Below are positions 46,374 through 55,684 of a stretch of DNA of 64,000 bases, piece by piece (position 1 is the stretch's first letter; each line of letters starts with the position of its first letter). The position numbers were made by a program, and so were the translations under genes. Origin of the DNA: Thermoplasmata archaeon (lineage in GTDB: Archaea > Thermoplasmatota > Thermoplasmata > Lutacidiplasmatales > UBA184); the NCBI GenBank assembly GCA_022750055.1, contig JAKIWL010000002.1, positions 341,042-405,041 on the forward strand, read 5' to 3'. The notes under the pieces are model-generated. The model had not been told where the DNA came from and searched no databases. It was given only the letters and a program-made list of their open reading frames with translations.

Positions 46374-47786
46374 GTGGCACCGTCCATTTCCGAGGTCGTA
46401 CCGCTCGACTACACTCGCTACGACTTCAAGGACCCGGAGACGTACAAGTTCCGTACGCTTCGGGGCCTGAGCCGGCCCATTGTCGAGCAGATCTCGAAAC
46501 TGAAGAACGAACCGGCGTGGATGCTCGAGTACCGACTCCGGGCCTACGAGCACTTCCTAGAGCGGCCGATGCCCGACTGGGGCCCATCCCTCGACGAGAT
46601 CGACTTCGACGCCTACACCTACTACGCGAACCCACTCAACGAAGGCGAGACCAAGCGCAAGTGGGAGGACCTGCCCGCTGACATCCGCAACACCTTCGAG
46701 AAGCTCGGGATCCCCAAGGCTGAGCGGGACTATTTCGGGGGCGTGGGCGCCCAGTACGATAGCGGGACCGTCTACCACAAGATCCGCGAGGACCTGGAGA
46801 AGAAGGGCGTGATCTTCACCGATACCGACACGGCGGTACAGAAGTACCCCGAGCTGGTCGAAAAGTACTTCGGGAAGATCATTCCGTACAACGACAACAA
46901 GTTCTCTGCGCTGAACAGCGCGGTCTGGTCGGGGGGGAGCTTCGTCTACGTTCCCCCGGGGGTCGACGCCGGGGTTCCGCTCCAGGCGTACTTCCGGATC
47001 AATGCGAAGAACGTTGGTCAATTCGAGCGGACGCTCATCATCGCCGACAAGGGTTCGAAGGTCCACTATGTAGAAGGGTGCACCGCACCGATCTACTCCA
47101 CGAACTCCTTGCACGCGGCCGTCGTTGAGGTCGTGGCGGAGCCGTACGCAAAGGTTCGCTACACGACCGTCCAGAACTGGTCGAAGAACGTCTACAACCT
47201 CGTCACCAAGCGCGCCGTCGCGTACGAGAACGCGCTCGTGGAGTGGGTCGACGGCAACATGGGCAGTCGTGTGACGATGAAGTATCCCTCGGTCTACCTG
47301 AAGGGGCGCGGCGCGCGCGCCGACATCCTGTCGGTCGCCTTCGCATCGGCTGGACAGATCATCGACAGCGGGGCGAAGGCCGTCCACTCGGCGCCCGATA
47401 CGTCGAGCAAGATCGTCGCGAAGTCGATCGCCATCCGGGGGGGCCAGACGAGCTACCGGGGGCTCCTTCACATCGCCAAGGGCGCGACCGGGGTCAAAGC
47501 GGCGGTCCGCTGCGATGCGCTGCTCCCCGACGACCTGAGCCGCTCGGACACCTACCCGTACAACGAGATCCACGAGGAGGACGCCACCGTCACCCACGAA
47601 GCCGTCGTCGGCAAGATCGGCGAGGAGCAGATCTTCTACCTGATGAGCCGCGGGCTCAACGAATCCGACGCGATCCACCTGATCCTCATGGGGTTCCTCG
47701 CGGAGTTCGCGAAGGAGCTCCCAGTCGACTACGCGCTCGAGCTCAATCGATTGATCCAGCTCGAGATGACCGGCGCCGTCGGATAG
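46374..47786 (+). CDS. sufB: Fe-S cluster assembly protein SufB
   Basis: EPAWMLEYRL, GVGAQYDS, GQFERTLI, YVEGCTAP, TMKYPS, FYLMSRG. Confidence 0.96.
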   Translation: MAPSISEVVPLDYTRYDFKDPETYKFRTLRGLSRPIVEQISKLKNEPAWMLEYRLRAYEHFLERPMPDWGPSLDEIDFDAYTYYANPLNEGETKRKWEDLPADIRNTFEKLGIPKAERDYFGGVGAQYDSGTVYHKIREDLEKKGVIFTDTDTAVQKYPELVEKYFGKIIPYNDNKFSALNSAVWSGGSFVYVPPGVDAGVPLQAYFRINAKNVGQFERTLIIADKGSKVHYVEGCTAPIYSTNSLHAAVVEVVAEPYAKVRYTTVQNWSKNVYNLVTKRAVAYENALVEWVDGNMGSRVTMKYPSVYLKGRGARADILSVAFASAGQIIDSGAKAVHSAPDTSSKIVAKSIAIRGGQTSYRGLLHIAKGATGVKAAVRCDALLPDDLSRSDTYPYNEIHEEDATVTHEAVVGKIGEEQIFYLMSRGLNESDAIHLILMGFLAEFAKELPVDYALELNRLIQLEMTGAVG

Positions 47787-47815
47787 GCAGCGGACGGGCC
47801 GCCGATCGAGGCCGG

Positions 47816-48136
47816 TCAGGGACTGGGTCTGGGGACCATCGGAACGTTCGAGTGAGACTTCAGTAGGTCGACGCCAGCGAGGATCGCGTCGTACTGAACG
47901 TTCGCCACCTCGACGAGCCGGGAGAGCTCTGCGGTCGGGGCAGCGAGGGCGCTCTCGCTGAGCGCCCCGACGTCCGTCAGAAGGTCCCGCGCGGTCCGGA
48001 GGCTCATCGGATCGCGCCAGACCGGCTCCGTCTCCCGAATCCGACGGAGGATCTCGATCAAACCCTCCCGCTGGGAACGGATCAACTCGACCAAGCGGTC
48101 CCGGTCCCAACCCGATGCGTCGGCGACGAGGGGCAT
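47816..48136 (-). CDS. Hypothetical alpha-helical protein downstream of sufD
   Basis: ATG preceded by GAGGAG/GGAG; 16 bp after the sufD stop. Confidence 0.7.
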   Translation of the reverse strand: MPLVADASGWDRDRLVELIRSQREGLIEILRRIRETEPVWRDPMSLRTARDLLTDVGALSESALAAPTAELSRLVEVANVQYDAILAGVDLLKSHSNVPMVPRPSP

Positions 48137-48152
48137 CTCCGAGCTCCTCGGG

Positions 48153-49547
48153 TCAGCGAAGCTTCGCGTCGAAGCGCCAGTCGGGCTCCGTTTCCGAACC
48201 GGTCAGCTCGATCAACGGCAGGATGGGGTAGGCGCCGTCCCGCCACTCGATCGGGCGGCCTTCCCACCGGGCCGACAGGAACGGGTACGCGAGCTCCCGG
48301 AGTCCTCCGATCGGGGAGCGTTCGAGGACGTGCGATAGGAACCCCTCGGCGATCATCCTGATCGCCTCGCTCTCGGCGATCCCCCGGGATTCCAGGTAGA
48401 ACACCCGCTCTGGGTCGACGGGCGCCACGGAGGAGGAGTGGGTGGCCTTGACATCCCGGCAGAGGATCTCCAGGATCGGGATCGTGTCCGAGCGGGCCCC
48501 GCGGGACAGGAGCATCGCGTGCTCCGAAAGAAAGCTCAGGGTCTTGCGGGCATCCTTCTCGATGCGCACGAGGCCCCGGCTCATCCCCCTCGACTGGTCA
48601 CGGAACACCCCCCGGCTGATGGATTGGCCGTGGGTGTCGGTGCCCACGTGCGTCATGTCGACGGAGGAATCGTAGGCCTGGTCCCCGGCGCCGAAGAACG
48701 TCTGCAGGTCGGTCAGGTTCGACCCGTTCCCCGATAGGAACGACCGATTGCGTAGCTTGGTCCGAAATCCTCCGAACCCAGCCCAGACCCACGCCATTCG
48801 GGACATCGAGCCGATCTCCGCCCTGCGCTGGAACACCGACACCGCCTGAAGGTCCGGGGCGTGGACCGTCACCATCGCGACGCGGGCCTCCTCGGCCACC
48901 TCGAGGTCGAACGTCGACGCATAGAGCCGCTGTCGACTTCCGGACGCCTCCGGGGTCGAATACACCTCCTCGCTCACGAGCGCGTGACCGAGCCGCCCCA
49001 CCCGGATCTCCCGGCGGACCGAGAGCGCTTCGCGAGGCTGGGAAAGGACCGTGATGTCCTGGATACGAACCGGCATCGCAAATCGATCCGGCACCTCGAG
49101 CCGATACCCGCGGTTCTGGGTCGCCATGGCAAGGGCGGAGAGCCGATCCTTCGGAAGTTCGGACTCGGAGGAAGGACCCCAGTCCCGGTGGGAGCCCGCA
49201 CCGACAGATTCCAAAAGAGTGGTGGCACGGATCCCGGCCTCCCGCAGGTTGGGTGGGACCTCCAAACGGGTCCCGCTCGCGTCGTGCACCACCCGGATGG
49301 ACCCCGGGATCGGCGGCGGGGCGCTGACGGGGGGACCCGGGCTGATGGCGTCGAGTCCGGAGAGCTGTACGCCGGCGAAGTATCCGTACTTCCGATAGAG
49401 CGGATTCGGCTCGAGCGGGAGTTCCTGGAACGCCTTGAGGGCCCGAAGGCGCAGGGCCGACATCGACGGCGAGTCACCCAAGCTCTCCGATAGGGACTGG
49501 ACCGAGTCCGACGTGATCCAGTCTAGGTGCTGGGCCGCCGTTGCCAT
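48153..49547 (-). CDS. sufD: Fe-S cluster assembly protein SufD
   Basis: SDTIPILEI...DVKATHSSSV, FYLESRGI, beta-helix region; TAATAT ~25 bp upstream. Confidence 0.88.
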   Translation of the reverse strand: MATAAQHLDWITSDSVQSLSESLGDSPSMSALRLRALKAFQELPLEPNPLYRKYGYFAGVQLSGLDAISPGPPVSAPPPIPGSIRVVHDASGTRLEVPPNLREAGIRATTLLESVGAGSHRDWGPSSESELPKDRLSALAMATQNRGYRLEVPDRFAMPVRIQDITVLSQPREALSVRREIRVGRLGHALVSEEVYSTPEASGSRQRLYASTFDLEVAEEARVAMVTVHAPDLQAVSVFQRRAEIGSMSRMAWVWAGFGGFRTKLRNRSFLSGNGSNLTDLQTFFGAGDQAYDSSVDMTHVGTDTHGQSISRGVFRDQSRGMSRGLVRIEKDARKTLSFLSEHAMLLSRGARSDTIPILEILCRDVKATHSSSVAPVDPERVFYLESRGIAESEAIRMIAEGFLSHVLERSPIGGLRELAYPFLSARWEGRPIEWRDGAYPILPLIELTGSETEPDWRFDAKLR

Positions 49548-49821
49548 CGGGGTCGCTCACCAACCTCGCCATATTAGCTGTTGCCGGAACGCACCCGTCA
49601 CGGCCGCACCGTCGGGCTGTCCAAGCCGCCCACCGCGAAGGCGTGACGGATGGGGCCGAGCGTCTCCGCGAGCGGCGTTCCCTGTGTGGGGATCGAGGAG
49701 GATCGAGCGCGCCATCAGGTCGACTGCGTCCCCCGAAGGTGGAACTCGGGGTGGCGGGCCGCGCGCTCCTTATAAGCGAGGAACCGCTCTTCCGGGTCGC
49801 CCGAACGGGACGAGGTTCACC

Positions 49822-50250
49822 GTGGCCTACGACATGTATCAGGAGATCATCCTCCAGCACTACAAGGCCCCCAAGAATTTCGGTCCCATGGACGAGCCGG
49901 ACCTCTCCGGAGAGGAGAGCAATCCAAACTGCGGCGATCACCTGACGTTCGACCTGAAGCTCGATCCGGAGCACAAGGCGATCGCGTCGATCCGATTCCA
50001 CGGCGACGGCTGCGCGATCAGCATCGCCAGCGCGTCGATGCTGACGCAAAAGCTCGCCGGGAAAACGCTCGAGGAAGCTCGCGCGATCACGCAGGACGAC
50101 GTCCTGACGATGGTCGGCATCCCGTTGTCGCCGGTCCGCATCAAGTGCGCGTTGACCGGATACGCCGCGTTCGGCCGCGCCCTCCACTCCGGTTCGGCGG
50201 GCACCGACACGTCCGCGCCGTCCCTGACCGGGGGGACAACGTCGACGTGA
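49822..50250 (+). CDS. SufU/IscU-like Fe-S scaffold or sulfur-transfer protein
   Basis: MYQEIILQHYKAPKNFG, NPNCGD, GCAISIASAS, RIKCA; TTATAA upstream. Confidence 0.92.
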   Translation: MAYDMYQEIILQHYKAPKNFGPMDEPDLSGEESNPNCGDHLTFDLKLDPEHKAIASIRFHGDGCAISIASASMLTQKLAGKTLEEARAITQDDVLTMVGIPLSPVRIKCALTGYAAFGRALHSGSAGTDTSAPSLTGGTTST

Positions 50251-50435
50251 TCGACGTCGATGCGGACACCTGCGTTCTCTGCGGGCTCTGCACGGGTGTC
50301 TGCCCTCCGAACGCGCTCGACCTGACCCCGACCCGCCTCGAGGTCCTGCCGCACTGCTCCGAGTGCGGCTATTGCATTCCGTACTGTCCCGTAGGGGCGA
50401 TCTCGGGGGGGCGGGCCCGTGGTCGCCGAGGATAG
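50247..50435 (+). CDS. 2[4Fe-4S] ferredoxin
   Basis: CVLCGLCTGVCP and CSECGYCIPYCP; GTGA coupling. Confidence 0.9.
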   Translation: MIDVDADTCVLCGLCTGVCPPNALDLTPTRLEVLPHCSECGYCIPYCPVGAISGGRARGRRG

Positions 50436-51945
50436 GCGATCCCGGGCCAGCGCGACCCCTCCCCCCTCGTCGACCGCCGACGTCCCGAGGGTGCTCCTCG
50501 TCGACCCGTACGTGGCGCGGGACGACCCGATGGAACGGAAGTTCGTCGAGCTCTACCCCTCCCTCGGGATCCTCTCCCTCGCCGCGTACCTGAGGGAGGC
50601 GGGCCAGCGGGTCGAGGTCGTCGACCTCACCTTCGAGCGCGGGGTTCGACCCGTCGAACGCCGCGTTCGATCGTTCCGCCCCCACGTCGTCGGCGTGCAC
50701 ACGAAGTCGCTGACCCACGAGCGCTCCATCGAGATCGCGGGTCTGGTGAGAGAGCAGGGCGCCGTGCCGATCGCGGGAGGTCCGGACGCGGCGACGCGGC
50801 CGGAGGTCTACCTCGACGGGGGATTCGAGGCCGTCGCCAACGGGGAAGGGGAGGCGACCCTGGTCGACGTGGCCGAGCGGGTGGTCCAAGGACGGCCCCT
50901 CGCCGGAACCGCGGGCCTGATCGTTGGACCACCGGGATCTCGGTCCGTCGGCCCTCCGCGACCGTTCCTCCGACCCCTCGATCGCCTTCCCATGCCGGCC
51001 TGGGACCTCATCGACATGGAGGGGTACCTCGGCCGTTGGCAACGACGGACCGGCGAGAGGAGGATGGCCGTGCTCACGTCGCGCGGGTGTCCATTCGACT
51101 GCTCCTGGTGTTCGAAACCCACGTTCGGGCGGTCGTTCCGGCAGCTCAGCCCCGAGCGCGTCCTCCGGGAGCTACTGCTCCTAAAGCAACGCTACCGCGT
51201 TGACTACGTCCGATTCTGCGACGACGTCTTCGGAATCCAGCGCGCGTGGCTCGAGATGTTATTGGACGGGATGGAGGCGGCTCGGCTTGACGTCGGGTTC
51301 GAATGCCTCGCCCGGGTCGACCTGCTGAAACCGGACCTACTGAAGCGGATGCGCTCGCTCGGGCTAGCTCGGGTCTACGTCGGCGTCGAGTCCGGTAGCC
51401 AGAAGATGCTCGACCTGATGAATCGCGGCACGCGACTCGCTCAGGTGGAGCGGGCGGCCCAAAGCCTGCGGGACAACGGGATCCGACAGTTCTGGTTCCT
51501 GATGCTCGGATACCCGGGGGAGACCGTTGAGGACATCGACGCAACCCTGCGCCTCTTCCGCAAGTTCAGCCCCGAGGAGTACTCGGTCTCGATCGCCGTG
51601 CCGGTCCCCGGGACCCGTTTCTACGATTCGGTCCGGGAATACCTGAAGGTGGGTGGCCGACCGCGTCGGGCCAATCAGGGCGGCAAGTCCCTCCTGTACG
51701 AGGGGAGCTATCCGGAGTCGCTCTACCACTGGGCGCAGGCTCGATTCGAATGGGAGGCCGCCCTTTCGAAAGTGCGGGGAAAGATCGCCCCTCGGATCCT
51801 CTCGGGACTCTCCGACGCGGCCGATCGCCTCGACCGAACCCTGGTCGGACCGATCCTCCTCGGACCCCGCTCCCCACCGGCCCGGGCGACTCGCTCGATC
51901 CGTCCCGCCTCGGGCCCCACCGACCGGCCCTCCACGGGGGCGTAG
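50419..51945 (+). CDS. Cobalamin-binding-domain radical SAM enzyme
   Basis: N-terminal B12-binding-like domain (LGILSLAAYL, GGP, GEGE), SRGCPFDCSWC, GVESGSQ, LGYPGET. Confidence 0.9.
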   Translation: MVAEDRRSRASATPPPSSTADVPRVLLVDPYVARDDPMERKFVELYPSLGILSLAAYLREAGQRVEVVDLTFERGVRPVERRVRSFRPHVVGVHTKSLTHERSIEIAGLVREQGAVPIAGGPDAATRPEVYLDGGFEAVANGEGEATLVDVAERVVQGRPLAGTAGLIVGPPGSRSVGPPRPFLRPLDRLPMPAWDLIDMEGYLGRWQRRTGERRMAVLTSRGCPFDCSWCSKPTFGRSFRQLSPERVLRELLLLKQRYRVDYVRFCDDVFGIQRAWLEMLLDGMEAARLDVGFECLARVDLLKPDLLKRMRSLGLARVYVGVESGSQKMLDLMNRGTRLAQVERAAQSLRDNGIRQFWFLMLGYPGETVEDIDATLRLFRKFSPEEYSVSIAVPVPGTRFYDSVREYLKVGGRPRRANQGGKSLLYEGSYPESLYHWAQARFEWEAALSKVRGKIAPRILSGLSDAADRLDRTLVGPILLGPRSPPARATRSIRPASGPTDRPSTGA

Positions 51946-51955
51946 CGACCGGCCG

Positions 51956-54229
51956 CTATGGCTTGCGTCTCGCCGACCGCTCCGGCGGCGGGATGTAGAG
52001 GCTACCCCCCAGCGCCGGCACCTCGTGGGGCTCGGGAACCGGGACCGTCGTCGTGGGCCTGGGGTGGGCAGCGCGGCGTCGCCGGCGGACCAGGAGCAGG
52101 ATCAAGAGGCCCACTAGAACGCCCGCGGCGATGGCCCCACCCAGCAGGAACTCGTTCAGGTACGAAGTCGCGGGGTTCGTGTTCCGCGACGGGGGGGCCG
52201 CCGACACGGTGAGGGAGGCGTCCTTTCGCATCGACTGGCCGCTATGGTCCGTCACCGTGACCGAGAACGGATAGGACCCCGCTTGCGTGAGGGTGCAGGC
52301 ACTAACGTTGGAACTGCGATTGACGCAGCCGTTCGGGAGACCCGAGAAGGCGTAGGTATACGGGCCGATCCCTCCATACCCCGTCACGGCGATCACCGAG
52401 GTGTTGCCGACCTGGAGATTGACGGGGGAGATCGCGAGATTGACCCCAAGGAGGGCGATCGCGCTCACCGCGATCGACGAGTGCGAGGAATACCCGAGCG
52501 AATCGTTGGCCCACACGGTGGCCGTAAAGTTCCCGGCCGAGAGGTAGATGTGGTAGGGGTTGGGGCCGATCCCGACGCCCTGGTCTCCGAACCGCCACTG
52601 GTACGAGATCGGGCCGGTCCCCCCCGAGGCCGTCGCTAGGAACGAGGCCTGCAAGGGCACGATGCCGGCCATCGGGCTCGCCGAGAGCGTCACGGCGGGG
52701 TCCGCGTTGAAGTGGACTAGGGCGGCCGGCGCGTACACCGATTGGCCGATCTGGTCCGTGACGATGGCGCGAATGTTCGGGAGGTACGGACCCGGCGGGC
52801 TCGGCTGGCAGGAGAGCGTCGAGAAATTCTGGGACGCACAACCGGTGGGAAGATTGATCCAGCGATAGCTCTCGTAGCCGGCCCCGCCGGTCACATTCAC
52901 GTGCAACGTGACCGACTGACCTATGTCGACCGTGGTTGGGGTGGCCTCCACCTGATCCACCTGAACCGTGTACAGGTACCACGTGTCGTTCGAGGGCGCC
53001 CCCCGAGCGTCGCCGCCGAACATTCCGAGCGCACCCAGCGGGCCGAGGTCGAAGAGCGCGGCGTGATCCCGGCCGACCGGGGCGGGCCGAAGCGCAGGGA
53101 ATAGCCGGTACCAGTTCCCGTTCGAGTAGGTCCACGTTTGGTTGAGCGAGCCCGTGGAACACGGGTTCGAGGCACAACCTCCGTAGATGATCGGGGAGCC
53201 GTTAAGGGGGTTTGTCGCGGCCGCCGCCCCGCCCATTTGGGGTGGCGAGGTGGTCGGGCTCTGCATCGTCCAATTTCCGCTGGAGAACGACCATGTGCGC
53301 CCCGTCGCGGCACTCGTGGGAACCCCGCCGACCATGATGATCGACTGGGATTGCCCATCCCATGCCATCGCGGGCGAGGACCGCATGACGGGGGTCGCAC
53401 CCGAAGCGTGCGCCGTCCAATTCGTCCCGTCAAAGGTCCACGTGTCCGACAGGCCAACGGTCGTCCCGGAGAACGTCGTCAGCCCGCCGAAGACGACCGT
53501 CTCCTGAGCCGCGGGGTCGTAGGCGAACCCGCTGTCCCATCGTGCGGGAGGGGCATCCGTTCCCGCCGTGCAGCTTTGGCAGACCTGGGTCCAAGTGTCA
53601 TTGGACGGAGCGAAGGTCCAGGTGTCCCCGAGGGCAGGGTTGTTCAAGCCGCTCGGGGTGGCGCCCGCGCCGCCGAACAGGACGAACCGACTGATCGCAG
53701 CGTCGTAGGAGAGGGCGGCTCCGAACCGGACCGAGGGAGAGTTGGTCGCGGTAAGGCTCGCCGGCGTGACATTCCTCCAGACGCCTCCGGAAAGGACCCA
53801 GGTATCCTGCGATGTGCAGGATGAGGCGAGCGGGCATGGGGGTGTGGTGTTCTGGTACCCGCCGAAGATGACCGAGAGGCCCGTCGAGGGGTCCGAAGCA
53901 TAGCCCGAATCGACTCGAGGCGGCGGGCCGTTAGTAGGGCCGGGGAACCACTTGGGTGGAGAGGCATTCGTCAGGGCTGGAGCGGCCGGAATCGCGGCGG
54001 GGGCCCAAGCCGGCCGATCCGAGGCGGAAGGGAGGTCCGCATGGTGGGCCAAGGGGAGGGATGCTCCCTCGTTTGCTCGGGCGTTCGGCCCCAGTCCGAT
54101 CGATGGGGAAGCGAGGAGAAGGCCGGCCAGGAAAAAGACGGCGCAATGAGCTCTGCCGCGGGCGCGGGGTGGGAATACCAGGCGGGCGGAGGGGGACGAT
54201 AGGATGCCCCGTCGAAGTGCGGTCCGCAC
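51956..54229 (-). CDS. Exported kelch-repeat plus PKD-domain protein with C-terminal TM anchor
   Basis: Repeated P.R...AYD.....VLFGG....DTW units, PKD YQWRFGD..G....HIY..AGNF, TM plus RRRRR; start uncertain. Confidence 0.85.
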   Translation of the reverse strand: MRTALRRGILSSPSARLVFPPRARGRAHCAVFFLAGLLLASPSIGLGPNARANEGASLPLAHHADLPSASDRPAWAPAAIPAAPALTNASPPKWFPGPTNGPPPRVDSGYASDPSTGLSVIFGGYQNTTPPCPLASSCTSQDTWVLSGGVWRNVTPASLTATNSPSVRFGAALSYDAAISRFVLFGGAGATPSGLNNPALGDTWTFAPSNDTWTQVCQSCTAGTDAPPARWDSGFAYDPAAQETVVFGGLTTFSGTTVGLSDTWTFDGTNWTAHASGATPVMRSSPAMAWDGQSQSIIMVGGVPTSAATGRTWSFSSGNWTMQSPTTSPPQMGGAAAATNPLNGSPIIYGGCASNPCSTGSLNQTWTYSNGNWYRLFPALRPAPVGRDHAALFDLGPLGALGMFGGDARGAPSNDTWYLYTVQVDQVEATPTTVDIGQSVTLHVNVTGGAGYESYRWINLPTGCASQNFSTLSCQPSPPGPYLPNIRAIVTDQIGQSVYAPAALVHFNADPAVTLSASPMAGIVPLQASFLATASGGTGPISYQWRFGDQGVGIGPNPYHIYLSAGNFTATVWANDSLGYSSHSSIAVSAIALLGVNLAISPVNLQVGNTSVIAVTGYGGIGPYTYAFSGLPNGCVNRSSNVSACTLTQAGSYPFSVTVTDHSGQSMRKDASLTVSAAPPSRNTNPATSYLNEFLLGGAIAAGVLVGLLILLLVRRRRRAAHPRPTTTVPVPEPHEVPALGGSLYIPPPERSARRKP

Positions 54230-54580
54230 ACTAATTGAACCACCTCTACCGCTACAAACCCTTGTCGGCAAACCTTCAGATTCAGGTGTTAGACGTCTTC
54301 GTGTGCACCGGGCAGCGCCGGCCGAGGCGACAGAATCTACAGTGTTCTTTCGTCAGGGGTGGGATCGGCTTGCGGAGGCGGCCGTACTTGCGTCGAGGCG
54401 TTCGCGATCCCCTTTCGCCGAAATGAGCGGCCCCTTTTTCAGTCTTGTCTTCCCGGACTAGGAGGACGATCTGGATTCTGAACCCGGCCTTCCCATCCCA
54501 CGCTGTCGATCCGAGGAAGGCCTGCGTGGGGGTCTGAATCGCGCCGAGATGCTCTTGAGCACGATGACTCTGCCGGGTGC

Positions 54581-55684
54581 ATGGCCCTGATCGGAGGCCG
54601 CGCGAGTGCGGAAGGGACCCGGCGGTTTCGCGATCGCGTTTGCTCCAAGGGGATCGTACCGGAGACGCACTTTCGCTCGACAGCCGCGGGGCTTGAGCTC
54701 TCCTCGATCGGACTTGGGACCTACCTAGGGAATCCCGATCCGTCGACCGACGCGAGCGTGGAGGAGGCCGTTTCGCTCTCCCTTCGATCCGGCCGGGTGA
54801 ACGTGATCGACACGGCATTGAACTACCGGTTCCAGCGCGCCGAGCGGTCGATCGGCCGGTCGGTCCGACGGATGATCGAGCGAGAGGACGTAGCCCGGGA
54901 CGAGGTGTTCTTGGCGAGCAAGAACGGATACTTGGCTCCCGACGCCGAGTCCGCGGTTCCCCTCGACCGGTACGTGGACGTCGAGCTCGTCAGGAAGGGC
55001 CACCTCCGGCCCGCGGACATCGTGGATGGGAGTCACGCGATGAGCGTCGCCTTCCTAACCGACCAGTTTGAGCGCAGCCGGCAGAACCTAGGGGTGGAGA
55101 CCCTCGATCTGCTCTATCTCCACAACGCCTCCGATGCCCAGCTCCCGGTCGTGGGCCGGGTCGAGTTCTTGGTGCGGCTGAGGAAGGCGTTCGAGCTGTA
55201 CGAGTCGTTCCGGGCTTCCGACCACCTCGTCGCCTACGGGATGGCGACCTGGGACAGCCTCCGGTCGAGCCGGTCCGGTCCGTCGTACCTGTCGGTCGAG
55301 GAGGTGGTCCGTCTCGCTCGAGAGGTCGGGGGCTCCGACCACGGGTTTCGGTTCCTCCAGTTCCCGTTCAATCTCGCGATGCCGGAGGCCGCGGTCCTCA
55401 AGAACCAGCCGGTCGACGGGTCTCGCCAGACGTTGTTTGCGGCGGCGGTCGCTTCGAAGCTCGGTTGCTTCACGAGCATCCCCCTGCTCCAGGGCCGGCT
55501 CGCCGAGGACGGACCGACGGTCGATGGGCTGACGAGGGCTCAATCCGCGCTGCAGTTCGCTCGATCGGCGCCCGGCACGATCGCACCCCTGATCGGTCAG
55601 AAGACCGCCGAACACCTGTCCGAGAACCTGAAGGTCGCCGAGCTCCCCCCGTGGGAGGAGTCGCGGTTCCGCTCACTCTTGTAA
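54581..55684 (+). CDS. Aldo/keto reductase family protein
   Basis: SSIGLGTY, IDTALNY, SKNGY, LDLLYLHN, QFPFN, HLSENL. Confidence 0.92.
   Translation: MALIGGRASAEGTRRFRDRVCSKGIVPETHFRSTAAGLELSSIGLGTYLGNPDPSTDASVEEAVSLSLRSGRVNVIDTALNYRFQRAERSIGRSVRRMIEREDVARDEVFLASKNGYLAPDAESAVPLDRYVDVELVRKGHLRPADIVDGSHAMSVAFLTDQFERSRQNLGVETLDLLYLHNASDAQLPVVGRVEFLVRLRKAFELYESFRASDHLVAYGMATWDSLRSSRSGPSYLSVEEVVRLAREVGGSDHGFRFLQFPFNLAMPEAAVLKNQPVDGSRQTLFAAAVASKLGCFTSIPLLQGRLAEDGPTVDGLTRAQSALQFARSAPGTIAPLIGQKTAEHLSENLKVAELPPWEESRFRSLL

Noticed and set aside
44580-51042. Long antisense ORFs (e.g. 44580-46217, 46557-48110, 49474-51042) and similar ones across the window
   Set aside because: Shadow frames of well-supported genes, expected in high-GC DNA; no motifs
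54282-54401. Ribosomal protein L40e or L37e
   Set aside because: Cys/His spacing and flanking residues do not match those families as I recall them
54486-54530. HDV-like ribozyme
   Set aside because: P1/P2-like crossing stems are present, but no P3/L3, P1.1 or catalytic C segment is recognisable
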